Positions 40,801 to 52,046 of a stretch of DNA of 64,000 bases are shown piece by piece. The stretch lies in the NCBI GenBank assembly GCA_030141605.1, contig JAQGDQ010000333.1, positions 197,803 through 261,802 on the forward strand, read 5' to 3'. Positions within the stretch are counted from its first letter, which is position 1. Every line of letters begins with the position of its first letter. The stretch is from Tubiluchus corallicola (taxonomy: Eukaryota > Animalia > Priapulida). The position numbers were made by a program, and so were the translations under genes. Under the pieces are notes generated by a model. The model was given only the letters and a program-made list of their open reading frames with translations. It searched no databases and was not told the DNA's origin.

Positions 40801-43800
40801 GCACAAGCATTGGTGTCCCTGACGCCCTTGATTTTGGTTTTGCCCATTACCGAAAATTTTTTCCATGCGCAAATCGCTCATATTCAGCCATTCACAATGA
40901 CTTGACACTACCTAGCCACATACCAAAAATGGTGGCCCTAGCTCAAACATATCTAGAGAGCTAGGAGGAGGAGGAGATCCAGCCTAATGAAAAAAACAAG
41001 CATTCGGCTCTGTCACCTTTGACCCAGGGGTAGCGGGTTATGTGCAAACATGAATCCCCCTACCTTGGGGAATGCACCCTGTGAGTTTTGTGAACCTAGC
41101 CCTGTGAGTGTGTGAGTTATTAAAGAAACAAAACGTCGCAAATAATAATAAAGAATGAAAACCGGGAGTAAACCAAGAAGATTCTGCTGTAATTTCAATT
41201 ATTTAAGAAAATTTGGCAATCCAATAATAAACTAACTGCCCATTTTATTCTGGCTAACAAGCATATAAGCTAAATATAATTTAAAACGACATATTTATTG
41301 TCCATTCCCCGTACTATTTTTATTAGAAAGTGATTATAAAAATTACTAGTGAGTACAAGTGGACGTCCTTTGTGATTTGAGTGCATAGATTTAAATGCCA
41401 TGCATGAGTAGAAAAGTACTGCATATTGAACAGTACCTTAAAAGTGTGTCGTTCAAAAGCTGTTTTTTCCTTATAGTCCAAAATCAGTTTTTGTATTGTA
41501 CCACATGGTGCCCATTGTTTCTAAATCAAACAATTTAAATCTATTTAAATTTAAAACAATTAGATTAAATCTAAAACAATAAAACAAATCTAGATTCAAA
41601 AAAATTTAAATGTCAAATAATTTAAATCAATATGATGCCCAAGTCAAACAATTTAAATCTATGCACTTGAGTCATACAAAAAAACCATTTTACAGCAGTT
41701 TATTAGGACAATGCACTTTTAACAGTAGCTCTGTAATGGGCATTTAGTAAAGCTTTAGTGAACTAGAAAACTAGTGATGATGATTGTGATGACAGTGATA
41801 ATGGTGACAATGGTTGTGATGTTGTGATAATGATGATGGTGTAATTACTAATAATGATAGTAGCAATATTACTTCGAGTACAATATTACTTCAATTACAT
41901 TTGATCATAGGCTGGCTATCTTACAAAAGCTGTTGACATGGCATTTAAAGGCAATCAGACATCGGCACTGCACATGATTTCTGGTGACATACGAGACAAT
42001 GTAGATCCGGAACTTATCTCAAAAATGGTGACCTTCTTTACAGAAAACCATCAAATAGACAAAGCAGTTGATATGCTAGTGAAAAGTAAGCGGGTGAGTG
42101 CATATAGCATTAAATGTAGGAAATGCATTTAGGGATAAAAAGTAGGTAAATTTCTAGCTGTTACCTAACCTATTAGCAAAGTTGTAAATTTCCATATTTT
42201 TTAAAACTTTGTTTACCAAAGGATAACTAAATCCTTATTCGAGATCTAAGATTTTTGGTGAATTCATTCAGTATGTTGGAAAGTTCGTACAATGTTAACA
42301 CCCATTTTGTAATTATTAAAATTTATTAATGCTGTTTATTTATTTTTTCTGTTTTATCATTAGCCAGTGCTGAGCGTAAGTTAACAAATTGTGTTATTGA
42401 TGATGTCTGCATTTGTTTACAGTATTTTGATGCACTGGATTTATGTGTTGGACATAACATACAGATCACTGAAGAATTAGCAGAACAGTTTACTCTAGAG
42501 AAAGAGAATGTCGATGCAGCAACACGGAATAAGTTGCTGGAGAAGATAGCTGACTGTGCTATGCAACAAAGATCGTATCACTTGGCAACAAAGAAATTCA
42601 CACAAGCTGGCAATAAAGTGAAGGCAGGTTATGTTGTTATTTCACTTTCCGACATTTTGCAATATATCTTGGTTACACACGTGCACTTCAAATATGCCCT
42701 GTAACAAAACTAGGGATTCCTAGAAACTGTGGTCATTTTTATGTTATAGCTTGTACATATATGAGGCTGTAGAGATTTGATTGTAGAGCTCAGTAGAGAT
42801 AGAGACTGTATTGTAGTGGGCGCATTTGTAGCGGGTACATGGTTATGAGGTGGGCGCATTTTATGTGTTTAGTGTGTGATTTCCCAGGTTTGATACTCAC
42901 TCCAGGCAGTACATTCGTAAACCTTGGTTGTTTAGCAGAAAGAACGTATATACATCAAAATATGGCTGAGAAACTTCTGTTGGTTTGGTATCTCATCTTA
43001 GAGACATATCCTTGATATAGAATGAGGCTCTTCTCATTGAATAGGCTCTGCCTTTGTGAGATTCTGGCTTGCAGTGTGCAGAAGTGCATAAAATGTAGGT
43101 AAGATTGAAAATCTGTCAGGGTTTAGTTCACCTTTAAAACTAGAGTCACTTTTTCTACATGTATGTGAATTGTCAACCAAGACCTTATTGTCTCTCTTAT
43201 ATGTGAAACTTTGATGTTTTTGTTTCCTAGTTGAAGTTAATACGAACACAATTTTTCTTTGAAATTTACAAACTTATAGATGTTATTGACGATTGGCATT
43301 ACTTTTAATTTAATTGATGTTTGCTTTCTGTTAGGCTATGAGAGCTTTACTGAAATCTGGAGATACAGAAAAGATCGTCTTTTTTGCAAATGTGTCAAGG
43401 CAGAAGGAAATTTACGTCATGGCAGCTAACTATCTTCAGACATTGGATTGGAGGAAAGAGCCGGAGCTTATGAAACATATTATTACATTCTATACTAAAG
43501 GCAGGGCTTTAGAATCGTTGGCTGGTTTCTATGATGCTTGTGCTCAGGTATCCAATTTTTTTAGTTAAAGATGCTTGGGATTGTCATATAACCGTGTAAC
43601 TACTTTTTTGTAGTATTACTGTTTAAACTGCAAATTAACAGAAACATACATAAAGTTTGAGCCTAATAAGTTGAAACAAAATATTGTGTAGCAAAAATAC
43701 TCAAATGCAAAATACATAGCTAATTAAATAGTGAAAATGTAACCTAAAATATTACAGCACGTTTTCTGACGTGTGATAGAAGTTCAGCCAAAGAGTGGTG

Positions 43801-46800
43801 CAGTTTTCCTACTTACATCATAGCAGCATATAGTTGGCTTAAAGATGAAATACATGTAGTACTAAGACAAGGAAAAAATACAAATATTTGGCAATACAAT
43901 AACAAAAATTAGTGCCCCAATTCACACATTAAGCTTTGCCACGTCAGTGACTTCGCTCACACCTTTTACCTGCATTATACTACTGCCACATGGTGTTTGA
44001 AATTCAGAAAAAATCCTTACAAACCGTTTCTTGTTTTGTTTAAATTACAGTTCCACATCTGCCTACATATACAGCACAAGGCATGGAGTTTATCACATGA
44101 CAACTGAGCTAATTAATACCATTCGTTATTAGTATTTGCATTCACATAAATTGTGCCGTCGTCAGCAAATCTAAACTTCTAAACATTTCTGTTTGGGTCA
44201 ATTTCACTAAACATATCTGATACATACAGAATAAACATTAGTGGTGACAGGACATTTCTGTGCGGTACACCTGCATGACACGACAGTTCTTCTGACAAAT
44301 AATTTTCAATTCATATTTTAATATGCCTGTTTTTCAGAATTGAGCAAATTAGTCTGAAAAGCCTGCCTGCTACACCTGCTTGGGCTAACTTAAATATTAA
44401 ACCGTTCATACAAATGTTATCGAAGACACAAAAGAATGCAATGTCAGGACAGTTTTGAAGCCTGTTTCTTTCAATAGTGGAAACTAGTCTAAGCAGATAC
44501 CGATTTGTGCTACCCAATGGTAGAAACCCTTCCTGCTCTTGATCTACAATGCTATTGTCATTTAACCAGGTCCACAATCTGACTTATATGGGCTTTTCTA
44601 CTATTTTGCCATAATAGATGCAATCGTAATTGGCCTATAATTTGAGGGGTCACTGTAATCGTTTCTTCCATTTTTACAGAGGAATATTACTTTTGTGCTG
44701 TTTGGCCATTTATCAGTTCTTAAACATAGATTAGCTAGATTTAGTAATAAACTGCTCCCCCAAAAACACATGCTCATGTTTCAACATGAGTGAGTGACAT
44801 CCATCACAGTCCATGCTTTTATTAGAAACCTTCATGTTTCTTTATCGCAAAAGTGAGTTCAACTATTGTAAAATTTGCATTAAACCAACTATTAGCTTCT
44901 TGCTTTTAATTTAATTCCTTCAGCTACTTCATTTTCTACATATTCGAACCATGCTTGATCAAAGTGTTAGTGTATTTGCAGCTAAACGGCAGAACGTCTC
45001 AGCCACACATGCATTTCACTGCATTTTAGACCATTTTGCTGTTGTTTGTAGCTATTTCCTTAGGCAAGGTCCTAGTTTAAAACTGATTATGTCACTTCAA
45101 ACTCGTGACTTATAATTTCATTACTACCATGAAAGGGGGTGCCAGCCTGTAAATGCGGAAGTGCAGTTATAGTTAGTTAAAAACTGTCTGGACAACGGAA
45201 ATCGAAAGAGAATCGACACTATATAAGTGATATACGCAAACATAACTTCACTATGCAAATCATCTTACTGCTCGGGTATTGTGCAAACAAACAAGGGATT
45301 AATATGTTTCTTTGTTTACAGCTAAAAAAATTTATTTAGCCATAAAAAAATTTTTCTTAAGAAATTCTGTGGACGCACAGGCGTCAGCGCATCCACCTGC
45401 CAGAGCCCGTGATGCAAGTATTTTAAATTATTAAGAATTTTCTTTTCCAGGTATATAAGTCTTTCAAACAAGTAAACGTAATGCTAAGTAATATAACGCA
45501 CTATGAAAGTTCTCTAGGATATACTTTGAAATTGCCTTTTCTCTCCCTTTAAGCAAGAGGTTTGTTGATTGACATTGCTTCTAGAATACCATTTTCGATG
45601 TAGAGAAAAAACCTGGCCAGTGAATAATATACTTATATTATTAAGCCCTGAGTACTTGAACATACTGACATGTCTCATATGCTCCCTCTGGAACTTGAGA
45701 CTTCATTGGAACGAACATCCTTGATAATTTCGTGATAAATTTATAGTTGTGTGGGCATGCATAAGGAGCAAGAGTAAAGACACATTCCCATTTTCATATT
45801 AGCCTTAGTCTGTGAAATACAGTTTAGGCATTGTATGACGATTTGTTTGAAAGTTTTTTTTTATTTTGCTATATGTTTTGAACAATTAGTAGTTGAATAA
45901 TAGTTTTTATTTGATTTATGATTTATTTGCAGGCCATTGGAAACTTATAAGCACTGGCTAATACATTTCTCTTTGCTTAGAACTTGATGTTTATTTGTTA
46001 GGTTGAAATAGATGAATACCAGAATTACGAGAAAGCACTCGGTGCTTTGAATGAAGCTTATAAGTGTCTGTCAAGAACAAAGATGGATAACCAAGCTGAG
46101 CACGATGAAAAGATGAATGCCATGAAGTCAAAAATTGATCTTGTTAAGAGATTTGTCCAAGCTAGACGGTAAGTGCTAACTCATTGTTCACCTGTCGGCT
46201 GTTGTTGTGAATGAAAATGTACTGATAGCCTAGTGGGAATTCTACTGAAATCCCAATTTCTTCACTTACTTTTTCTTGATGTGTCAAAGGCTTTTCATAC
46301 AGTTAAAATAAGCATCTTACTTAACAAATTATCAGAAGTTTTAGAAGAAGACGAGTTGTATTTTGTCAGCATATTCTTGTAAAATCTCACTATTCAAGTC
46401 TGATATGAAGGAAGGATGAGTGTCTCATTCTATTTTAACATCAGTGTACCTCATGGGAATTGTTTGAGCTCCGAATTTTTCCCTTTTTATTTTGCTGTAG
46501 CTATGACAGATGATAACTATGCACATTGTGAAGAAATGAAGAACCATACTTACATAGATCTTAATTCAGGAAACTTAAGACCAGATATACTTGTTGAACA
46601 TAATTGTGGTACATTTAGAAGACCTTCATCTTTAATCTCAATGTAATGTGCAGATGATATAGCTTGCATTACAGCTAATATATACGAACTGGAAGATGTA
46701 AAATGCACGATCGGCTGCGATTTAGAAAAATATAATCTTAAAGTCAACAATACAAAGACTAAATAATATCACATCCTGTGAAGTGATGATGCAGGGAAAA

Positions 46801-49800
46801 AATGTCAATGCCAACATACAACAAAAGAAAAATTTTCTGTAGGATTGTTTGCTTATACAGTTCTCACAACCATTTTTCAAAATAATAGACCTTGTCTTGA
46901 AACTGATTTTCAATCTAACCTGGTTGCTATTGCAATTGCTAAGGCAAACAGTAACCATGGCAACAAATTTATGAGAATAACATTTTATACATTAGACTAA
47001 GAATTTGATTGCCAAGGCTAATGCTGTGTAGGATTGTCTTAAAATTCAACAGACCATAAAAAATTTTCCAGAAAGCCAATTCATAGGGGAAATTTTTCTG
47101 TTATACTACGTAACATCACGGAGAATAACCCTATAATCGGAGAATTTACTTCGCCTGCTGCACATGACTGTGCCTGTTTTTTGCACCGTGTCCTTGTAAA
47201 AGTAACGATTTTGCTATCCACTATCTGTGTTTTATGATACTGTGCTCAGACAGCTTCTGTATAATCATTTGCACAAATTCATTGTGTTGCTTATTATCCT
47301 TTGGCATCAGTATCACCTGTAACACCAGCTATTGTTTTATTGTAAATGAAGAAAAGTTAGTTATTAACGGCCAAGTTGATGTCTTCAAACTGATATAATT
47401 TCATGTTTAAAAAAAGACGAGAGTGGTCAGTTTTTCAGTTTATTCAGGCTTGTTGGCGATGCTCTACTTTCGGTGCAAACATTGAAACTCATGCATGCTG
47501 TCTTGTCTGTCCTTTTGCTGCACTTAATTTCTTGGATTTTTCTTTTGTATAAAGTAAAATTGTATGTATTAATTTCGCTGGTATATATATATATATATAT
47601 ATATATCGCTGGACGAGGCTACAGGTCCAACAACGGCACCATTTTCAATGATCTATACATCAAACAAAAGGTCCAGACCCACAGATTTGCCATTGAGTGT
47701 TTATTTTTCGAATTGGGCCCACCGGGACGAACGGCGGGCAAAAACCTCCAAAAATGGCCATTTTTTGCAAAACTTCTACCTCTTATTTCTGGAGAACGGG
47801 AATGTGTCTGGCATGGTGCCAGTAATGGTTAAGTAACCCATTCTACGGTGAGCGTTATAGTCACATTTAGAATTCTGGGGAGGGCCATGGCGCCCCATGA
47901 CGGATGTTTTCCCGGAGCCAACCACGCAAATTTTGCGGAAAACTGCTCAAACAGCCTCTAGGAAAACTCAACTTGTGGAACTGTTTGGGCATGCTGGGTA
48001 AAAACAAACACACTCGCAGAAAGACAATGAAATGGGAGGGGTGTATTTCGAAGTTCTTTTTCTACCCCCTGTGCTGCACGCTATCTGGAACATCCATTGT
48101 CTTTGAGTGGCTGTTCCAGGCATTGTCTTCTACAGTGGTATAGATTGTACATATAAATAAGTTCTGTTAGCTTATTATCATCTGAGAAGCAGCAAAAAAA
48201 ACTATGTGGAATGTCCGCACATTATTGATCATGGGTAAACAGACTAAGAGCATTTATTATAGCACACAGTTTCGATTTTGTGGAAAATGTTTGGAATGGT
48301 TTTGTTGTGATTCTGTGCTGTTGGTGCTGGTGCCATAGGTGTCGTTGTCGTTGCCACCATCATCATCATCATCAACATCATGATCACCATGCGAGGTGGT
48401 GGATTTGATGTGGTGTGGGTTGTGTGGTGTGGTGGTGGTGTTCTGTGGGTGTTCTGCTATTGATGGTGTGGTGGGGTGGTAGGGTGTGGTTCAGTGTGGT
48501 CTGGGCGGCATTCTGTGGTATTGATAATGTGGTGTGTGTGGTGTTGGTGGAGTGATGTGTGTGTGGTGTTGGTAGAGTGGTGTGGGTGGCAGAGCATGGG
48601 TGGTGTGGTGTGGGTAGTGTGGTATGGTGTGGTGTGTGGGTGGTGCGGTGCAGTGCAGTGTGGTGGTATGGTGTGGCGCAGTGTGGTGTGATGTGGTGGA
48701 GTGATATGGTGTGGGTTATGTGTTGATTTATGTGAAAATTCTTTTTTGCGGGGTTTGGCTAGTCACAATGAATTTACTTCAAAAGCTTTTGTAGTGAATT
48801 GGACATATTATTGCACTATGAGAAAGAGAAGTTACCTTAAGTCCAGTGACTTGTTGTGGACACGCAATAAAGATCATGATGCCACAATGTGATAACGAAT
48901 TTTTGTGTAGTGGCATAAGGTGAATAAAGATATGAATCAGGGAGGAACTGTAAAATACTTATTTTTTTTGCAGGTCTTATGATGACAATCAGACAGAAGG
49001 AGTAAAGTTATTCCAAGTTTTACTGGAGGAACCAGGCATTGAACAAGCAATCCGGATTGGAGATATTTTTGGATTTTTAGTAGAGCACTATACTCGTAAT
49101 GAAAAATATAAAATGGTTTGTTGCATTTAATTGCTTTTTTGTTTTAGCAATTTAACGTATAATAAATATTGAGCAGTCTGTGCGTATTTGTATTTCTATT
49201 GTGCTATATTTGCTTGTACTTTGAGGCAATTTGAAACTGGACAAATTGTTGGGAATGGAAATTGTTAGTAAAATTAGTAGTACGTAGAACATTACTGGAA
49301 TGATCCTTAACTCACATGTTAGAAACGTGTATTTTTGCCAGGTACACTGAAATTAGGGTTGCCAGTTGCCAAATAAAGAGACTGAGGACAAATCAGTTAG
49401 GGCATTCGAATGGATGGGCTTTGTCATAAACGCCCACACTGCAAGGGTACTCACTAATGTACTAAACAAAATTTAATTAGGTAGATTAAGTTACACATAG
49501 ACACGACACATGAATGTAAGATGGAAGCTGACTGATAATGATAACTTAATAACATTTGTGCTATTAAGACATCACCAAGACAAGTGAACAGTAAATCATG
49601 CATATGTACATCCACAAACTGTAATTCAACATTGCCGAAGCTAGAAGACATTTCCATGTCACTGTTTGTTATTTCCCTAGCAAACTATGGCAAAAATTAG
49701 CAACAAAAGGCAGAAACAAGGTGCAATCTCTGAAAACACGGCACATCTGGTAACCCTAATTGGAAATTTAGAACACATATTACTGAGTTACGACTCACTT

Positions 49801-51149
49801 ATCATCAAATTTAAAGTACTAATGCTAAATAGATGCTGAGGACATTTCATAATGTTCTGACAAGAAGAAACTGTTTTTGAAATTTTTAGGCCTATTCTTG
49901 TCTGGAACAGATGCGAAACAAGATTCCGAACTTAAACATGAGCTATTATGTAAATATGAAGACAGTAGAGCGAATACATCAGGTATGCAGTCTTGTTAGC
50001 ATAGTAAGAGCTTAATAGCAAAACAAAATATGCAGTTGTACATAGTTAATTAAGGATGTCACTCTCATGATGAAGAAAGATAACAGTGCAACTTCTGACA
50101 TTATTTTTGTGTAAAATTGAAAAGAAATGTTGCCACATTATTATTATTTGTGGAAAACCAGGTTTATTTTTCTGAGCCTATTTTTCTATTGGAGTGGGAG
50201 ATTCAGTGCTACAACTTGAACTTAGCTTGTAATAAAGTCTAATTCTTTAAGGTAAAGTACTGAACTGGCAGATGTTTCTTAGCCTTTTTTACATATAATA
50301 TATTCTCCCCGAACACGAGAAAAGTAGATGGTCAACTTTGTGGGGGAAACTTTGCAGAATGACTTTTGAGTCAAGCTGTCATCCATTCATTAAAGATCAG
50401 GTTTTGCCCTGCTCAACTTGAAATGCTAAGCATACACTGTAAGCATTTAACCAGTGCCAGTCATTCCAGGTAGATTATTACAAAAGATTTATGATGTCGA
50501 AAAAACCTATAAGACAGTTTGAAAGTAGTCAAAAATAGTCTTGTATTATTCAAAGAAACTAGCCTCAAAATATATAATAATTGGCTTCACTTTGAGTGGT
50601 TTGCAGTTCAGCTACAATTTGTAGATGATGGCTTGATTTCACGCATTCTCAGATGCAACCAAATGAGAATTCATGTAACAATAACCAGTTCTTTTATAAA
50701 AGGTGATTTTTGACATTTAAAAAAAAGAAAAAAGTATTTTATATTTGAAAAGTGACATGTATGTAGTGTTTTAGATTTAGAACAACCGAACCATGTGAAA
50801 AATTTATAAAGAAAGTTTGTCCATTTGGTTACCATCCTATAATGCTTTCTCTTTTTTGTTATTAGATGTAACCACATTATGAATAAAATAGTGCATAAAG
50901 CATCATTAGTAGCACAGTTTATAACACTTCTGTCACCATGTACCAAAGTATTATTAAAATCTAACAAAATTACAGCATCTTGATGTACGTTGCTTGCTGA
51001 AGAATATACATTCATTCACTTAACGATTTGTTTAATAATTTCAGCTATTAGACATACCATTGAGAAAGTCTGTCGAGGATCATGGTGATGACGAGTATGA
51101 CGAAGTTGAAGAACAAGTGGAGGGAGACATGAACTATGGCGATGTCTAG
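1836..51149 (+). CDS. IFT140: Intraflagellar transport protein 140 (IFT-A core; WD40 repeats + TPR-like solenoid), 31 coding exons, 1481 aa
   Basis: Exons traced by hand, all phases compatible: 1836-1988, 2595-2816, 3248-3378, 5189-5322, 6147-6322, 8281-8369, 8858-8964, 11184-11317, 11475-11564, 11779-11968, 12325-12416, 12562-12689, 12862-12979, 16756-16898, 19774-19957, 20146-20277, 21503-21747, 22221-22398, 22999-23082, 23494-23600, 25167-25265, 31646-31778, 32396-32539, 34132-34260, 41911-42093, 42423-42623, 43335-43547, 46002-46168, 48974-49115, 49890-49982, 51045-51149 (4446 nt, ATG to TAG). Peptides [47 protein letters not shown] and [40 protein letters not shown] match IFT140 as I recall it. 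Confidence 0.96.
4058..4793 (-). mobile_element. Tigger/pogo-like (Tc1/mariner) MITE, family A copy 1
   Basis: TA on both sides; TIRs CAGTAAGACCTTGCTTAACGAC / GTTGTTAAACGAGGATTTACTG; interior is the reverse-complement homolog of 20541-21280 and 24122-24857. Confidence 0.88.
6709..7331. mobile_element. hAT-like non-autonomous element
   Basis: Perfect 8-bp flanking direct repeat CTTATAAT (6701-6708, 7332-7339); degenerate TIRs TAGAGGCTGAAGCT / AGCTCTGGGCGCTA. Confidence 0.6.
9123..9425. mobile_element. Short Tigger/pogo-like MITE (family B)
   Basis: TA then CAGGTAGTCATCAACTTA at the left; TAAGTTGACGCCTACTTG at the right (imperfect TIR). Confidence 0.6.
13163..14420 (+). mobile_element. Helentron-associated (HINE/DINE-like) non-autonomous element
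   Basis: 5' T-run plus subTIR TAGGTCCC (13167-13174) in a hairpin with GGGACC (13209-13214); three imperfect core repeats near 13633, 13742 and 13976; 3' subTIR GGGACCTA (14381-14388) followed by a short palindrome and T-rich end. Confidence 0.6.
14579..14905 (-). mobile_element. Possible pogo/Tigger transposon end with transposase C-terminal remnant
   Basis: TA followed by a TIR-like TAGTAGGCACTGCTTAAT; minus-strand remnant ending [10 protein letters not shown] resembles pogo transposase C-termini. The second end was not found. Confidence 0.3.
15949..16596. mobile_element. hAT (Ac-like) MITE
   Basis: TIRs TAGGGATG / CATCCCTG (Ac-type); 8-bp TSD TTTAGTAT / TTTAGTAG (7/8 match); subterminal GGATCC/GATCCGG repeats at both ends. 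Confidence 0.8.
17278..17662 (+). repeat. 190-bp direct tandem duplication of a degraded LINE RT fragment
   Basis: CTTACCTAAAATACTTGAG... starts at 17278 and 17468, with one substitution seen; translation [16 protein letters not shown]...QQF resembles non-LTR RT. Confidence 0.88.
20541..21280 (+). mobile_element. Tigger/pogo-like MITE, family A copy 2
   Basis: TA then CAGTAAGTCCTCGCTTAATGAC; ends CATTAAGCGAGGACTTGTTG; homologous to copies 1 and 3. Confidence 0.88.
24122..24857 (+). mobile_element. Tigger/pogo-like MITE, family A copy 3
   Basis: TA then CAGTAAGTCCTCGCTTAACAAC; ends GTTAAGTGAGGAACTG then TA; homologous to copies 1 and 2. Confidence 0.88.
28329..29432 (-). CDS. Intronless class A (rhodopsin-like) GPCR, 367 aa, nested antisense in IFT140 intron 21
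   Basis: First ATG at 29432 (the ORF-track start at 29474 is GTG). Seven hydrophobic segments; LNLLVI (TM1), LAITD (TM2), DRH (DRY variant), NSLVNPIIY (TM7), helix-8 EFRTCF; N-terminal NGS/NET sequons. Confidence 0.9.
   Translation of the reverse strand: MESKIAISRNGSFGISYSKETNETEAKPDDTNFEAKSYDLLKANGEIIIIVPIGVLTIFLNLLVIIAIGKFKKLQTFTNKFLACLAITDLISGFLAPVVTMSLMIHPKTEVGFCSFFAFFSMFCVISTLGNLMLVTYDRHLAMTKPIIYKQLMTANKFYKLILFCISYSILLSIFTVLQIFFSWSNENQCIVDYVVWPWFILCLAAHYPIALSYMMFTYTKVIQTARNHAVKRRNNANVRVLSIAQLKATWMTAIIISTSMALICPHILHMILVGLTRNEYQTLNNIRTLALTANSLVNPIIYVLQNQEFRTCFRKLLCRDNSNAINDVRSSSNMQHGGPLHDTASKNLEKQTTTVAVLPTLSSAHT
29604..29609 (-). promoter_or_regulatory. Candidate TATA box of the nested GPCR
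   Basis: CTATAAATAA on the minus strand ~170 bp upstream of the ATG; the AT-rich background makes this weak. Confidence 0.25.
33390..33585 (+). mobile_element. PIF/Harbinger transposase N-terminal remnant
   Basis: Translates [63 protein letters not shown], matching the ELR...F.NY.....FD.LL...I.P.I pattern of Harbinger transposases; contains an in-frame stop. Confidence 0.6.
35049..35645. repeat. 60-bp minisatellite, ~10 copies
   Basis: Unit CATCATTAAAATAATGACAAAGCTCACGTTATTAGCCTACATCATGATGACGCAACTTGT, visible as near-identical 60-column lines. Confidence 0.97.
36238..36360 (+). pseudogene. THAP-domain N-terminal remnant (probably transposon-derived)
   Basis: [20 protein letters not shown]...IHSFHTL*KD resembles the THAP start (CxxxxC ... 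FHxFPxD); broken by a stop. Confidence 0.45.
37112..38156 (-). CDS. Tandem-GNAT N-acetyltransferase (YitH/HlmA-like), 2 exons, 294 aa, nested antisense in IFT140 intron 24
   Basis: Exon 1 38156-37994 (GTAAGT donor, phase 1), 160-bp intron, exon 2 37833-37112 (TTTTTATAG acceptor); the join is in frame. Acetyl-CoA motif [12 protein letters not shown] and YERFGF; second GNAT-like half with IVGYVTL...IAPLYGD. AATAAA on the minus strand at 37061-37066. Confidence 0.88.
39066..39330. repeat. Dispersed repeat, inverted homolog of 47695-47960
   Basis: For example AGAAATAAGAGGTATAAATTTTGCAAAAAA and CCATTTTGGAGG are reverse complements of TTTTTTGCAAAACTTCTACCTCTTATTTCT and CCTCCAAAAATGG near 47750-47790. 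Confidence 0.75.
41775..41860. repeat. Degenerate (GAT)n microsatellite
   Basis: GATGATGATTGTGATGACAGTGATAATGGTGAC... triplet periodicity. Confidence 0.7.
44300..44720 (-). mobile_element. Degraded non-LTR (LINE) reverse transcriptase fragment
   Basis: Minus strand gives [13 protein letters not shown] and EQEGFLP..STNRYL...GLIFKL...LICSILKNR, all non-LTR RT motifs, with frameshifts. Confidence 0.75.
46270..46830 (+). mobile_element. Degraded non-LTR (LINE) reverse transcriptase fragment
   Basis: [19 protein letters not shown] (GVPQGSxLS-like) and ADDIA (YADD-like, ~46650) occur in the expected order, with stops. Confidence 0.7.
46951..46964. promoter_or_regulatory. RFX X-box consensus match in IFT140 intron 28
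   Basis: GTAACC AT GGCAAC fits GTHNYY-AT-RRNAAC exactly; function is not shown by sequence alone. Confidence 0.45.
47582..47606. repeat. (TA)n microsatellite
   Basis: About 12 TA units. Confidence 0.9.
47695..47960. repeat. Dispersed repeat, inverted homolog of 39066-39330
   Basis: Reverse-complement similarity over ~260 bp; GC-richer than its flanks. Confidence 0.75.
48330..48720. repeat. Low-complexity (CAT)n followed by degenerate (GGTGT)n
   Basis: CATCATCATC run, then ~330 bp of GTGTG/GGTGT units. Confidence 0.9.
49354..49758. mobile_element. hAT (Blackjack-like) MITE
   Basis: TIRs TAGGGTTGCCAG / CTGGTAACCCTA (11/12); flanks ACTGAAAT / ATTGGAAAT look like a decayed TSD. Confidence 0.7.
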
Positions 51150-51571
51150 ATACTGTCTGGCAACATGTAACAAAAACACCAGTATTTGTACTTGCAATTC
51201 AACCCAATCATGTTTTGTTTTAATTTTTTTCTATTGGGTCAAATGTGTGATAATTAACTATGTCACTTATACTAAGAGATATTTTGTATTGTTTGTATAA
51301 ATATTTATAGAAAAAATATGTCCTATTTCATCATAAATGATTCTGTCGGCACACGTCACTGCTGCTTGATCATATCATAACAGACGTTAGAACAAGTCTT
51401 CAAAATTATTTAGGAAATTTAAATGCTAAACTGTTCAAATTGTTTAGTAATATGTTTTTAGTCTTGTATAAACATAATTTTTGGTGTTGTTTCAGATTAA
51501 GAGCCACTGGCTTAAGCGCAACTTTTGTGACGTGCTGTCAATATTAATGCTAACACCAGGATGGCATTAGG

Positions 51572-52046
51572 CTGTAGCGGATAGCCCTATAGGCTGAAGC
51601 CTAAGGCCCGGGATCAAAAGGGGCCAGGCAAAATAAAACGAAAAAAATTTTTTTTTGTAAAAAAAAAATAAATTGACAAAAGAGCAAGGGGCTCTTTTTT
51701 TTCAAAAGTCAGTCACTATATTTCAAATCGGGTTTACACAAATCAAGTTTACACAATTTAAGTTTACACAATTCAAGTTTACACAATTTAAGTTTACACA
51801 ATTCACGTTTACACAGTTTAAGTTTAAGTTCAAAATTTCAGTTTCCGAATTTTTCTGGGGGCAAAGTCATTTATAATTTCTAAAAAGTCCATTTTATCAC
51901 AATCGGTGGGCAAAAACTCACAAAATTAAACAAACTTATAAACGACGAGAGCTCCACAAAAACACGTCAGCTCAGCAGTGTAGCAACATTTAAAAGGCCC
52001 GTTCCAAGCTCAAGCCTAAGGCCCATAAAATCATAATCCGCCGCTG
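51572..52046. mobile_element. hAT-like MITE with an internal 15-bp tandem repeat
   Basis: Perfect 8-bp TSD GCATTAGG (51564-51571, 52047-52054); degenerate TIRs CTGTAGCGGAT / ATCCGCCGCTG; AAGCCTAAGGCCC near both ends; about six AAGTTTACACAATTY units at ~51733-51822. Confidence 0.8.

Noticed and set aside
40480-41200. Further HINE-like or GC-richer repeat remnants (also ~38280-38500 and ~16980-17040)
   Set aside because: They look repeat-derived, but I could not define ends, TIRs or TSDs.
48390-48720. G-quadruplex or telomere-like tract, and the 71-aa ORF
   Set aside because: Mostly GG doublets in a degenerate GGTGT microsatellite; not a telomeric unit.
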